Assembly: GCF_009834535.1 (NCBI RefSeq) | Contig: NC_045697.1 | Coordinates: 5,830,001 to 5,894,000 of the forward strand | DNA length: 64,000 nucleotides | Source of the DNA: Camelus ferus | Lineage: Eukaryota | Reading direction: 5' to 3' | In this document: piece after piece, positions 24,908-37,199 of the stretch | Layout of the letters: every line of letters begins with the position of its first letter | How positions within the stretch are numbered: position 1 is the first letter of the stretch | Made by a program: the position numbers and the translations under genes | The notes under the pieces: generated by a model | The model's database searches: none | What the model was told of the DNA's origin: nothing | The model's input: only the letters and a program-made list of their open reading frames with translations

Positions 24908-26115
24908 TAGATGTGCCTTTTTAATAGATTCTTTTTAGTAGTTACCTGGTTATCACTGCACGGACATTCATGATTTTTTTAACTAGCTCCCTGGTTTTTT
25001 ATTCTTTTACTGTTATAAACAATGCTGCAATCAATATCCTTATTCGTAAGTTAATAGATTCTCAATGAAAAAAAATTTTTTTTAATGTTTATAAAAGTAT
25101 ACTTGCTTACTAAAGAAAAATCTGTAAGTTACCGAAAAGAAAAGATAAAGAAATGAAGAAAGAAGGGAAAAGAAATCCCATGATCCTGCCAACCAGAGAG
25201 AAAACCACACCATTGTGTCTGGCCTTTTAGGTTTTTTCCTTTCTTTATGTTAAGTGAATTTCCATTTTGGGAAAACCACACACCTCTGTACCTATTCAGT
25301 TTAAATGTATTTTTTCTGTGATTTATTTTCTGTAGTTAAAGTTTATGGATGCTTGGCCTGTGTTACATTGTGATGTGGTTGTTATTAACCCTTCAGCGAT
25401 GTGTGTAGACAGGTATGATATTCTGTAATTTCTTACAAGGCTAACATCAATCCCAGAAATGTCATGTTCCTTTTCAGAACAGTAGGATTATAGCTGTTTA
25501 AGTTTCTACTTATCAAGACGTTATATCTTAATAATTAGCCATCTGAAACCCTTACTTGACTATAATTTTCCTTTACTAACTTCTGCTCTTACAGATTCAG
25601 TCCATAAAAATCATCTGCGCTTAGAAAGCCTTTTATTCTTACCTTGGTGATGAGAAGTGTTTTCCTTGGTATCAAATTTAATAGCAGCTTATGAATGATG
25701 ACTTTTTTCATTGTGTTTCTAACAGGAAAATACTTTCAACCATCTTTTTTTTTCCCCCCACCACGATAGTTGGGTAATGTGTGAGACTGTGAAAGCAGGC
25801 TGTAGTCATTTTACTTCGTGCTCCTGTGCAGACACTAGAGACGTAAGTGTGAAGCCATGCCGGCTCTCACGAGAAGAGCTTTAGTGATTCCACTTCCAGG
25901 TGTTTTGTGAAGAGATTGTGATATTTCCAATATGGGCTAAATCACATGTCTGAGAAACACGAGAGATGTATATAGAGAAAGTTACTGGCTGAACGCGCTT
26001 TCCCAGACTGGGTGAAAAGTGAGTTCCTCAGATCTGGAGTCTGCAGTGTAGTGTGTCTGTATGGAGTCCAGCTGTGGTTGTCAACCCTGCGGGCTTTTTG
26101 TCCTTTTCCTTTCAG

Positions 26116-26215
26116 CTTCAATGCTGCTCTGTGGCACGTGTGGTCGTTTTTCACTCCGCTGCTGTTGTTCACCCAGTTTATGGGGGTTGTCATGTTGATC
26201 TCACTCCTGGGATGA
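26116..26215 (+). CDS. TMEM128: TMEM128 coding exon 4 with stop codon
   Basis: ttcctttcag|C TTC AAT GCT... = [32 protein letters not shown]; the four exons total 97+142+159+100 = 498 nt = 165 aa + stop. Confidence 0.96.
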
Positions 26216-27505
26216 TGTCTGAAGGTAAGGTTCTGGGATGGTATTGCTGCTAACGGGCTCATCTGGCAAAGGCTTCTGTGGCAGTTCTCAGAGGACACAG
26301 CAGGAGCAGACTGCTCGTGAACTGCTTCAGTGCATAATTTATTATTATAAATATTATAATTGAAGTAACTATGTCAATAAATAACACTGTTTCAGAACAC
26401 CCGGGCTGCTCATCCATTGAACTCTGAGATGAGAGGGACTGTGATCCCTCCCCTTCTGCATGATTTAGTTCTAAGGGACGACTGTTTAGGGAAGGCACCT
26501 TGCCCTTCCAGGTTCTGATGACAGTAGTATTTGCACCTTCCGACTAGATAAATTCACACATTCGTCCATTTTCTATTGCAGGTAGCCTCCACTAACTTCT
26601 ACACAAATGACTGTTGGCTAGATCATTCTTTGTTAGTGGGAGTATGGAAAGAATGGGCAATTTTACCCAATTCAGAAAAAAAAATTCTACCATTTTCTGA
26701 CCTTCCTGGCTGCCTTATAAAAATCTGATGGAGTACACATCAGCCTTTTCCTGCTATGTTATTTAAAGAATTTCTGCCTCCACACGGACCCCTGCATCCT
26801 CGGGCCTGCCGCCTTACACAGTGGGGTCTGTCTGCTGAATATCAGATAACTCATTTATTAAATAAGCATGTGTTGAGAGTGCTCACTCTGCGCGCTTAGG
26901 GACGTGATGAAAAAGACAGCCCCTCTCATGTCACTCACCTCAGAACTTGGAGGCAGTCTCCATACATCGCTTTACACGTATGAAAACGGAGGCCCGGAGA
27001 AGTTAAAACACAATTAACTTAACTAACTTAATTAAGTTAATACATTAAATTATTGAGGCACAAAAGAAAACTGACATTTCAGCTCACAGACAGCATGTTC
27101 TCCCTTTGAACTTTTAAAGGTAAGTCACTGTTACCAGGTAAGGAAGAAATGGACGCAGCCTTATTGCCAGTCTGAGAGCGGTTGCTAGCACGCACGTGCT
27201 GCGCTGTGGAGGCCCCTCCAGGCATCGTGCTGGTCTAGGACGTTGGACCCTCACAGCGCACCCTCTGTCCCTGTCGACATGTCACCACAGGAACTTTCCC
27301 TCTTGACCCCGTCTCCTTTAAATCTTTGACTGTTTGGTATTGAGTTTTTACACACGATACAGGAGCTTTCGGCTTATTTGCTGACATCAATTTATAGTTG
27401 GTAACAAAGAGCCAGATAGTGTTGCAGGCATGTAGACTGAACTGTGCTTTTTCCCATTAAGTCCAACAGCTTAAGACAGAATGTCTCACTTGGGTTTTCT
27501 TTCAG

Positions 27506-28190
27506 GATTAAGGGCAATGTCAGTTTAAGGTGAATGGTTAGCATCCTGCTAGCTGGGAGCATCACAGACAGAATGGAAAGCTACACTGATTTTGCATCTA
27601 CAAGGTGAATGGTTTCCTTGGAAAAATTGTAACTTTATACCTCTGAGGTTGAAATCAGAATAAATTATATTTCTTTTGCATATTCTTCAACTCAGGTGAT
27701 CACTGAGTTTTTCAGATTCAAAGTAGAGATATTCCGTTCAAAACAGAAATAGCTTATTTGCAGTGTCAATCCTTTTGGATCATTAGAGAAAGTTTGTTGT
27801 AAAAATTTAAAGTTTCATTATAGGTGGATAAGGTACTGCCAGTGTTGTTGAGAAATTGTTCACTCTTCCACGTGAGGGATAGCAGTTTATTGTATAAGAC
27901 AGGTTATTGTATGCTTATATGTGTAACTAGATAGCTGTGTATATAAAGGAATGACCGTGTCATGTGCCTTTAACCCAACCTCAACAATTACGATATAATT
28001 TCATTTGTATAATAGTTTCGTTAGGTGAGAGGACCAATTGAAAGAATTTTATGTTTTCCCATCACTCAAGATTTTATCACTGTAAATTACTGAGTTTTTA
28101 ACACTTGTTTAACTTACGAACTTTTAATCATTCTAAGTATGTAGAATTTTTTTCTTAACATTTAAATAAACTATTTTTATAACTTTCTTG
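27506..28190 (+). other. TMEM128: Probable non-coding terminal exon (3' UTR) of TMEM128
   Basis: Strong donor GAAG|gtaagg at 26224/26225, 9 nt after the stop; candidate acceptor ggttttctttcag|G at 27505/27506; AT-rich UTR with AATAAA at 27659 and 28165. Confidence 0.6.
28165..28170 (+). terminator. Probable TMEM128 polyadenylation signal
   Basis: AATAAA followed by T-rich and GT-rich downstream element (ttgtgggttttgg). Confidence 0.65.
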
Positions 28191-28849
28191 TGGGTTTTGG
28201 AGTAGTTTCTGTTTTCAGCTACTAGCACTTGGGGTTAACTACAGAAATAAGGCTTCATCGTAGAGAAGGCTACTCTGCTTTTCAGAGACCTCTGGAAGAC
28301 TGTATTCGAACTTTCAGATACAAATATGTTTACATTAAACCTCAACATAGTAAGCATCATGACACATGAAGTACCTTACTTCATTTCCACTCCCCACCCC
28401 AGGGGACTTCAGGCCGTGATCTGTTTCCGTCACCACTTGTGGTCTGGCTCAGGTCACACCTGCACCCACGCTGCAGTGGTAGCTAATCTCTCTCCAGCTG
28501 TGAGGCAGGAGCAGTATCTGGGCTGTAGGGTCGTGGGTGACAGGCATAACATCTATGAAACACCTGTTTCGATGCCTGGCACACAGTAGGTGCTCACTCA
28601 GTAAGTGGTAATGGGGAGGGAATGAAAGACAAAGAAGATCCAAGATCCAGAAAGGGAAGAGGCATGTGTGATCCGTGAGCAGAATCGAGCCCGGTTCGTG
28701 TACACACACAAGTGAGGGTGTGGAGAGAGAGTCGTAAAGTAAGGAGCAAAGTTGAGCTAAGGTCAGAATTAGGTGGCCGCGTCAGTCAGTGATGAGAGGG
28801 TCCAGTGCAAGGTCAAGGTTGCAAACCCCCGGGTAGGATTAGAGAGGGC

Positions 28850-29097
28850 ATTGGTTCAGACCCTCGGCAGGGAACTCAGGAGGAACCGGGACCCTGCTTT
28901 ATGGCTGTGCTCTTGTTTCTTGATTGTTCCTCCCAATTTCTGTCTTCCCTCCCTTCCCTGATTAGCAACTGCTTGAATCTGCTCTTTGGAACACAGGGAG
29001 AGTCAGGGAGGCTGAATGAAGTCTATTTCCTACAAACAAGAAACGGAGAACACAGATCTGTATCAGGGGGACCCCCACAGGGTCCTGCTCAGTATCA
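28850..29097 (-). mobile_element. ERV1-like LTR fragment
   Basis: Minus strand begins TGatactgagcaggaccctg; shares blocks (gcaggaccct, gttccaaagag, taatcagggaag) with the + strand copy at 35333. Confidence 0.65.
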
Positions 29098-30934
29098 GTC
29101 AAGACCAAGCCTTCAACCTGAGTTGCACGCTGGGGGCCCAGGCTCCGACGCAGCTGGTGACAAGGCTTTTTTGTGAAGGGTTTTAATGTGCACCCTGGGT
29201 CCAGAACTATCCTGTTACATTCACTTAGGGCAGAGATGTCTTTGCAGAAGCTAGAATGTTTGAATTTTGGGGGAGCACAGAGATAGAAGAATCTAACGTA
29301 GCTCAGGGTAAAAACCAGATTGAGTCTCCCCGCACCCTGTGTCTGGGACCTAGCTTAGGGGCAGTGGTCTTTCTAGGAGACTAATAGGATTTAGGATCCT
29401 GGCTGTTTCAGGGTTCTTCGGTTTTATGCAACAACAACAAAAAGTCTCTGGCTAAGCAAGAGAGAAATGCATTGGAAAGGAGTCAAGAGAAAGGCTAAGA
29501 GCCACATCCTTGTAAGAGGGGTACTTTCAGGGGCGAAGGGGGGTCGAGGTCTTAGGAGCTGTTACTAGGTGCCCCCTTCTGTGGCCACAGTTAGGATAAC
29601 TGCCTGCCTTCCATTTAAAAGTATTTTAAGATTTTGATTCAGCTCAATATTTCTTGAAATGGTAAAGAGTTTTGGTGGAATTTAGGAATTGTTTCCATGG
29701 AATTCATAAAAATAGTTAAATAAAATAGCAATCGGGAATATTTTGTACACACCAAGGGCTCACTTTAAAGAAGCAGAATTGTGGGCTCTGGGTGGAGGGG
29801 AGACTAGGGGCTGGACAGAAAGAAGAGTAAGTTACGCCACAGAGATCTCATCTAAGTCTCACAGATTCAGCGCTGAAGGTGAGGATGAGGATTTTCCCAG
29901 TTTGGCAGAAATCACTGTGTAGCTGCTTTATTTCTCAAGCGATGTGAGCAGCTAGCTTTTGGTAGAGCTGCAGCTCTTACAGACTTTCATACCTCAATTG
30001 GAATATTCTTCATGCCTTGAGCTGCATCACTCCTATCAGCATACAAACATGTCTACTATTTCCCGTCTTCAAATGAATACACCTAAAATAGGGTTCTCTC
30101 ATGCCCCCAGGGCTATTAACCACTTTATTTGGTCCCCTTTACAGCAAAACTCCACCAAAGAGTTCTCTATGCTCGTGATATCCAATTATGTTCCTCGTGT
30201 TAAAAAAATTGTATGGTGACAAAGCCCAGGAAATTGACATGTCTATTCCAATTTATCCTTCTTTTTAATCCCCTGTGTAGCATTTATCTGATCAGAAACT
30301 TGTCCTGATTTCCTTTCTAAGAAGACTACATAGGGGATGGTTAATTAAAAAAAATTTTATTACCATGTTCTAAATAGATCATTTTAAATGAACTGATTGA
30401 ATCCACATTACTTTTTTTTACTGAAGTAAAGTCGATTTACGTGTTAATTTCTGGTGTACAGCATAGTGTATGTGTGTTACTTTTAGCTTCAGAAGTCATC
30501 ATTTTTAAGATTATATTTAAGAGGCAGTTAACTATTACAAATAAATCATTTTGATGAATTACAGTATTATCTACTTTTACAGTAAAGGATCCTTTTGATT
30601 GTTTAAAAAAATTATATGAAGACATGGATGCAAAAGGGTGTGTATAGTGCTCCCTTCTATATACAATAAAGAAGAGTCAAAAAGGACCTCAGGAACTTGG
30701 TTCCTCCCAGCCCTCACCCCCAGGGGCAGGAGTGGGCCCCAGAGTTCAGGTCATTGCTTCCCTCGCTCCCCTCTCCCCAACCCCCACCCCTCAGCCTGAT
30801 CGCCACCCTCTCTCAGGCCCATCAGAACTCCTTTCATAACCCCTCTACCCCTGTCATGGTGCCACCACAAAGCCTGGTTCTCCCGGGGCACCCTCTCACC
30901 CCCTGGGCTCACTCCCACATGCATCTATCTGTAC

Positions 30935-31455
30935 GTTCCTGTTTCATCTATTGCCATGTGACAAAGCACACCAAACATAAGTGGCTTAAAACCACTGCCC
31001 CCATTTATTTTGCTCACGCATCTGAAATTGGAGCAGGAATTTGCAGGAACAACTGGTTTCCCCTCCATGTGGGGTACTCAATGAGGCTGGATGGTCCACT
31101 TCCAAGGTTGTTCCTTTGTGATTGGTGAGATGGCTCTGGCCGCCGATTTTGCTCCACGTGGACCTCTCCATGGGGCAGCTTGGGTTTCCTCACTGCAGAG
31201 GAGATGGGGTCCAAAGGTGGGCATTTATATTAGTTTTCTGTTGCTGCTGGAACAAATTGCCACAAACAGTGCTGGAAACGACAGAAATGGATGATTTCAC
31301 AGTTCCGTGGTTAGAAGTCTGGTCTGGGTCTTGGCTTAAAATCAAGGTCTCGGCAGGGCTACATTCCTTTCTGGAGGCTCTTAGGGGAGAACCCCTGTCC
31401 CTGTTCTTACAGGCTGTGGGCAGAATTCAGTCCCTTGCGGCTGTAGGACTGAGGT
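30935..31455 (-). mobile_element. MaLR (MLT1-type) LTR fragments
   Basis: gtggcttaaaac...tgctcac; aaatcaaggtctcggcagggctacattcctttctggaggctcttaggggagaa...gctgtgggcagaattcagtcccttgcggctgtaggactgagg are MLT1 hallmarks. Confidence 0.7.
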
Positions 31456-31459
31456 TAAT

Positions 31460-32740
31460 ATATCACCTCCAAGATGACACGGGGGATGCTGTGCCTGGTA
31501 CTGCACTTAAAAAGGAAGCAAATACTTACGGGGATTTCCTAGATGTTGGAGGCAACGTCTCCACGTCTAAGTGTGTTACCTGGACCTCCTTCCTGAGGAA
31601 CCCGCGAGTCTGCCAGTTTACGTGGGTATTGGAGCAGGGGAAGGCTCGGAGCCATTTCCAGGCTGTAGGACACACTGTTCCATCTCTTCGGTCTTATAAC
31701 CTGACAAAGCCAACGGCACTTGAAGTGTCTGTGGCCGATAGTGGTCTTGTCAGGAGACACTGGCATGAACGGTTTGGAGACTCCCGGTATACAGACCACA
31801 AGGATTTAAAGCAAATCCATACCGTCTTCTGCAGATAATTATTTCCCTTTTGAAAAACAACTTCTCACTTGTTAGCAGGCCCTGGTGGAGACTGAACACC
31901 AGTTGATGGTGTGAACTCGATGTCACCTGATCCACTGAACCACCAGGTTGGGCCCGTACAGCAGTAACATACTGTTGAGTAGAAATGGAATACAAGACTT
32001 GACCTTGAGCAGGTTGGAAACTGAGTAAGTTGCACGTGCAGGTGCCTCAGGTTCTCTGGGACCAACTCCTGCTGCATTGTCCCCTCTGATCCACACCCGG
32101 GGTCTCAGGGGGGAGTTTTTCGTGACTGAGGAGAAAAAGCTGAGGCTTAGTGTACGGCTGGCTCTATGTGATATGATAACACCAGCCATCGTGATGTGAT
32201 GATGTCCAACCACGTGGACAGCTGCAGCATTGCAGCCCCACCCAGGGATCCCCGAGGGGAGGTGGTGAAGGAAAATCTCCCCAGTGGGCAGAGTGCTGAG
32301 TGGGACATTTGTCCACTTTGTCTGGACTGAGAGACATCCAGAGTAGAAATCTGCATGAACTCATGGGTGGTCGCTAACCGGCTACCTATGTGGCTAGATG
32401 CTCAGTGACTTGGGAAAGAAACAACTCCATGACTGGGTACAAGGAGGCTGGAGGAAGAAGGATGTGGATGGATGTTTCAGGATGAATTCAGAGTATGAAG
32501 ATTTGCATCTCATGAGAATGCTCACCAGCAGTGACCCCTGGGACGCTGGGGATGAAATAACATGTTCTGTGGGTGTCCGTCAGCCCCACTGCCTGCCCAC
32601 CCCGGTGCCTGCTCAGTGGGCCCACATACAAGGTACATGATGGCAGGGATAGAGGCTGTGGATGCGCTCGACAACACAGAAGTCCCCTCTCCAAGGCTGA
32701 CCCGGTTAACACTAGTGCTGAGTGCAGAACCTGCAGTGAC
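31460..32740 (+). mobile_element. Degenerate ERV-L/MaLR internal pol (RT connection/RNase H) remnant
   Basis: Fragmented frames give LEVSVAD, IPSSADNYFPFEKQLLTC*QALVETEH (from 31819) and NSWVVANRL, resembling ERV-L pol motifs; stops and frameshifts present. Confidence 0.75.
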
Positions 32741-34171
32741 GAGTTGAAAAAAAGAAAATTTTTGGAAACGTTTTCCATTGAGAGGGGAAAACTTTTTGCC
32801 CTCCCTTGAATCCCGGTGGGCTCATGACTGCTCTCACCAGTATGGGATGCCATTAATGATGCTAGTGGCGACTCAGGTGAAGTCAGAAAGACCATACAGC
32901 CCTGGTGAGTTCTCTTGGAATGCCTGCTCTCCAGAGGTTCTCCCCTGACATGCTCCCTCTCAAAGCCCAGGGGCAAGGCTGTGAGAGGTTCAAGCCACTT
33001 CAAGAGGCCACGTGGAGGTGCTCTGGTCGGCAGTCCCAGTGGAGCCCAGTCTTCAGGCTATCCGATTCCAGGCACCAGAATGTGAGTGGAAAAACCTTCA
33101 GATGGTCCCAGCCCTGACCGTTGAGTCGCCCCCAGCTGCTCGGCTTCCCAGCCAGGGCCCTAGACATTGTAGACCAGACGGAAAATGATCCCCGCTGTGT
33201 GCTCTGCAAATCCTGACCCACGAGATCCATGAGCACAACAAGATGGTGGTGGTTATGTACCACTCAGTTGGGTAGTTTCTATGCTGCAATTGAACCGCTG
33301 CCAGTAGCAGAGACGCTCAGCTGCTGATGCAAAACTTCCCCTGGGGAGAACTGCCTGCTGGGCGATTGATTGTATGGGATTCCTTCCAGCATGGAGGGAG
33401 GGGTAGCTCGTCCTCCCTGGATAAGACACACCTTCTGAAGATGTATTTGTCTTTCCCTCCCATAACGCTCCTCCTGGCGTTCCCATCTGCACACTCAGGG
33501 AGAGTCTTAGCATTGTCAGGGTATTCCACGCAACATAGCTTCCAATCTAGCAATTTATTTCCCAGCAAAAGAAGTGACCAGAGACTCCACCAATGCCCAG
33601 GACTTAGCATCCGCTCAGAGCCCACATCTAGTGTTTCCCAAAAGATCTGTGTATAAAAAAAAAATGACATTAGTGGGAAAAGTAGCTAAGTTCGAATCAG
33701 ATCTGTACTTTAGCTGACAGATTTACATCAATGTTAATTTCTTCATTTTGACAAAGGTACCAAGATGTAGAAAGTATCAGGGGAAGCTGGGGAAGGGGAG
33801 ACAGGTAGGAATGTTTATGCTATCTTTGCAACACTTCTGTAGATTTAATATTATTTGAAGAGAAAAGATTAAGAAAAATCTTTGGTTTGGACCTCTCCCA
33901 AGAGAATGGTCACCATGCTGTAATGCAGTATGTCCTTTGGGGCAGCCTTGGAGGAAGGTCCACAGTATATTTGTAGCAGGTTGACAAGGCTCTTCTCAAG
34001 GAGACCCAGCCCCCTCTTCATTCAAGAGCTCTGGGTCTGCAAACTGGCTCATGAGTGGGAATTGAGTGAGAGTTTTTGGACTATCTCTTATGAGTCAAGA
34101 TAGGTCTCTCTTTACTTTCCCTAGAGATTTTCCAGCTCTATGGATCCAATAACACTTTAATTGGCTGCCTG

Positions 34172-35106
34172 ATGTGAATTAAATTGTGCCGCCCAAAAGA
34201 TACGTTGAAGTCCTAACCCCAGTAGTTGTGAATGTGACCTTATTTGGAAAGTTCTTTGCAGATGTAATTATAATGTAAGTTGAGATGAGGTCATAGTGAA
34301 GGAGGGTTGGCCCTTAGTCCAATATGATTGGTGTCCTTATAAGAAAAAACATCCATCGACAGATGACTGGATAAAGAAGATGTGGTACATATATACAAAG
34401 GAATACTACTCAGTCATAAAAAATAAAATAATGCCATTTGCAGCAATATGGGTGGACCTGGAAATCATCATTCTAAGTAAAGTAAGCCAGAAAGAAAGAA
34501 AAATACCATGATATCACTCAGTGGAATAATAAAAAAAAAAAGACACAGATGAACTTATTCACAAAACAGAAACAGACTCATAGACATAGAGAACAGACTT
34601 ACGGTTTACCAGGGGGTAAAGGTGGGTAGGAAGGGATAAATTGGGAGTTCGAAATTTGTACCTCTTGGGAAGTGATGGAAATGTTAGCTATCTTGATTGT
34701 GGCCATGGTTTCATAGCCGTATACATCTATCAGAATTCATCAAATTGTACATCTGAAATATGTGTAATTTACTCTACAGAAATTATACCACAATAAAGTT
34801 TTTTTTTGGAAAAAAAAAAAAAGAGGGACAGAGAGAGATGCAGACAGAGGGAATATGGCCATGTGACAAAGAGGGCAGAGATCGGAGCTGTGCAGCTGTA
34901 AGCTAAGGAAGGCCAGGATGGCCGGCAACACTGGAAGCTGGAAGGGGCCAGGAAGGATCCTCCCGAGATCCCTCAGAGGGAGCAGGTCCCTGCGGACACC
35001 TTGATTTCCAGCTTCCAGGCTCCAGAACTGTGACCCAATACATTTCTGTTGTTTTAAGCTGCCCAGTTGGTGGCACAAGGTTCCAGCACTCTAGGAAGCT
35101 GCTACA
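34172..35106 (+). mobile_element. MLT1-type MaLR LTR split by an L1 insertion
   Basis: 5' half (gttgaagtcctaacccc...gtgaccttatttggaaa...ggtgtccttataaga) and 3' half (ggccatgtgac...gacaccttgattt...ctccagaactgtga...catttctgttgttttaagc) separated by L1 sequence. Confidence 0.85.
34350..34822 (+). mobile_element. 5'-truncated L1 (end of ORF2 plus 3' UTR, poly-A)
   Basis: Encodes HPSTDDWIKKMWYIYTKEYYS...IMPFAAIWVDLEIIILSKVSQKE (L1 ORF2 C-terminus); ends in aataaa and an A-run. Confidence 0.9.
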
Positions 35107-35332
35107 CTGCTCCCCTCTTATTCTTAGAAACTCTGGGATTATACAGCCACTGGCAAAGATAACTGGGGGCAAAATCTAATTGACTCGGGTCCTGTTGCCC
35201 GTCGAGGTGACGGTGCTCGTGTTACCTGAGGGAGTGAAGCACTGCCAGTTGGCCTTTGCCTTTCTGGAACCCTGTCATCCTCACTGAAACTGCGGAGCCC
35301 ATGTTTCAGGGCAGCAGGTCTCACCATCGTTC

Positions 35333-35475
35333 TGTAACCAAGCAGGACCCTATAGGGCCTTCCTGGTACAGACCACCAACAATGTCCTCTGCCTGCCTCT
35401 TGTCTGTAGACAAACTTTAGTCTCCCAGGATTCCCCAAGTTCCAAAGAGTACATTTAATCAGGGAAGTGAGAAAG
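35333..35475 (+). mobile_element. ERV1-like LTR 5' fragment (same family as 28850-29097)
   Basis: TGtaaccaagcaggaccctatagggcc...gttccaaagag...taatcagggaag. Confidence 0.6.
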
Positions 35476-35486
35476 TGCTTCATATA

Positions 35487-35650
35487 TCAACTCATTTTAT
35501 CCTCATGGAAACTTCTAAGAATGATTACTCTTAAGAGCTCCATGTCACAGATGAGGAAATTGAGGCACAGTGAGGCTGAGTAACTTGTCCAGGGTCACAC
35601 AGCATTAAGTGATGGAGCCAGGAATCAAACCTTGCAGCCTGGCTTTACAA
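35487..35650 (-). mobile_element. MIR SINE fragment
   Basis: acagatgaggaaattgaggcacag...gagtaacttgtccagggtcacacagc...gagccaggaatcaaacc core. Confidence 0.75.
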
Positions 35651-37199
35651 CTCACCCCCTCACCACCACTTGATGTTGCCTTTCTCTATAAATTCACGTT
35701 GACTTGAGTTGATGTCTGATCGAGCCACAGATATACACACATTTCATATACACACGTTCCAGGCAGCGCTGCGTGCTAAGAAGGAAGACGAAGCAAGGTC
35801 AGGGGCTAGAGCACAGTGGGGAAGACACATCCCGAGTCCCACACCTGAATGATCTGATGAGGAGGTGGCACCTCGCTTCCTCCTTCACACAGCCTTCATC
35901 CGCTTGTGTGTTCGTTAACTCCTTGGTTTATTTACTGAGTGTCCACCAGGCTTGGCTCTGGGGACACCCCGCTGAAGGGCACAGTCTAAGCTTTGTATTG
36001 ATGGCCATGTTCCCTGGTCACCACCTGCCTTTCCACACTCATTTCCATGCACACGGTCCACCCTCCTCTAGAACGCCCTCCCTACCCTGCCCATGTCGCT
36101 TGGCCGGCTCCTTCTCCTATCAAGGCTGCGCAGGTGATGCCTCCTCCCGGAGCCTCTCAGCCTTCCTGGCAGACTCTGGGCTCACCCAACTCTCCCATCC
36201 AGGCAGCCCTGCTGGCCGGACTGCTTGCTCAGTCTCCCCCACTGCGTAGGAGCTCCTTGAAGGCAGGGCGGAGTCTCACATCTGATACCCTCCAGCTTCC
36301 CAGTGAGTTAAATACTTGTCCATTGAGTGTGTTTCCATCAGAAGGTCGGCTCCATCAGGGCGGTCCTTTGTACCTGAATCCCCGGTGCCTAGAACAGAGC
36401 CTGGCAAATGATTCAGTGTAGGATGGATGAGAGTTGACTACATACATGAATGAACAAACTGAAAGCATGAATGACGGCCAGGCAAGGTCCTCAGGTTGAC
36501 TCCCTCCCAGCCCAGGGCTCCCCCACAGCCAGGTGCCTCTGACAGTCAGAACCAGCTATGTAATTTGCCAAATCCACTGAAAAATAAAGATGTGAGTCCC
36601 CTTGTTCAAATATTAAGGATTTTGGAAGGGCAACAGCAGGATGTTGAACCGAGGGGTAGAGGGGATCTCCTGGGCACCCAGCCCTACGTTACTGCACAGG
36701 TGGGTGGCTGTGAGGCCTGCCTGCCTGCCTGCCCGCCCCGGCTTCCCAGGCTGCATCCCCCAGCAGCTCCCTCCCAGCTCCCCCCTCCAGCCCTGATCTC
36801 AGCCATGCCCAACCTTGGGACCTCCTGAGATGGGCACCCTGGTGGCCAAGGTCAGCTTCAGGTGGGCTGGGGTAGCTGAGGGAGGCGCTCAGGCCAGCAC
36901 AGTTGCAGGGAGGAAGGACCTCAGGCAGCCCCCAGTGCCAGCGCCACTCAGTCCAGAAGAAGCTCTCCATTCCCCTGGAGGAGGAAGAGAGGATATTTTT
37001 TTCTTGGGAAGTGTCTCCTGCCTTATCTACATTGGGGACCCCCTGGCAGACACACAGGTGCACAGATGTAGAGACAAACACAGACACAAACAAAAAAGAT
37101 ACCCTGTCTCCCTGTTCAAAAATCTAGGGACTGGCGCTGCCACCCTCTCCCAACTGCCGGCTCCAAACAGACACACCTGAACCGATGGCCAGACACAGA

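Noticed and set aside
31122..31838. 238-aa ORF as a domesticated retroviral gene
   Set aside because: Chimera of antisense MLT1 LTR and decayed ERV-L pol; conserved pol motifs continue in other frames with stops.
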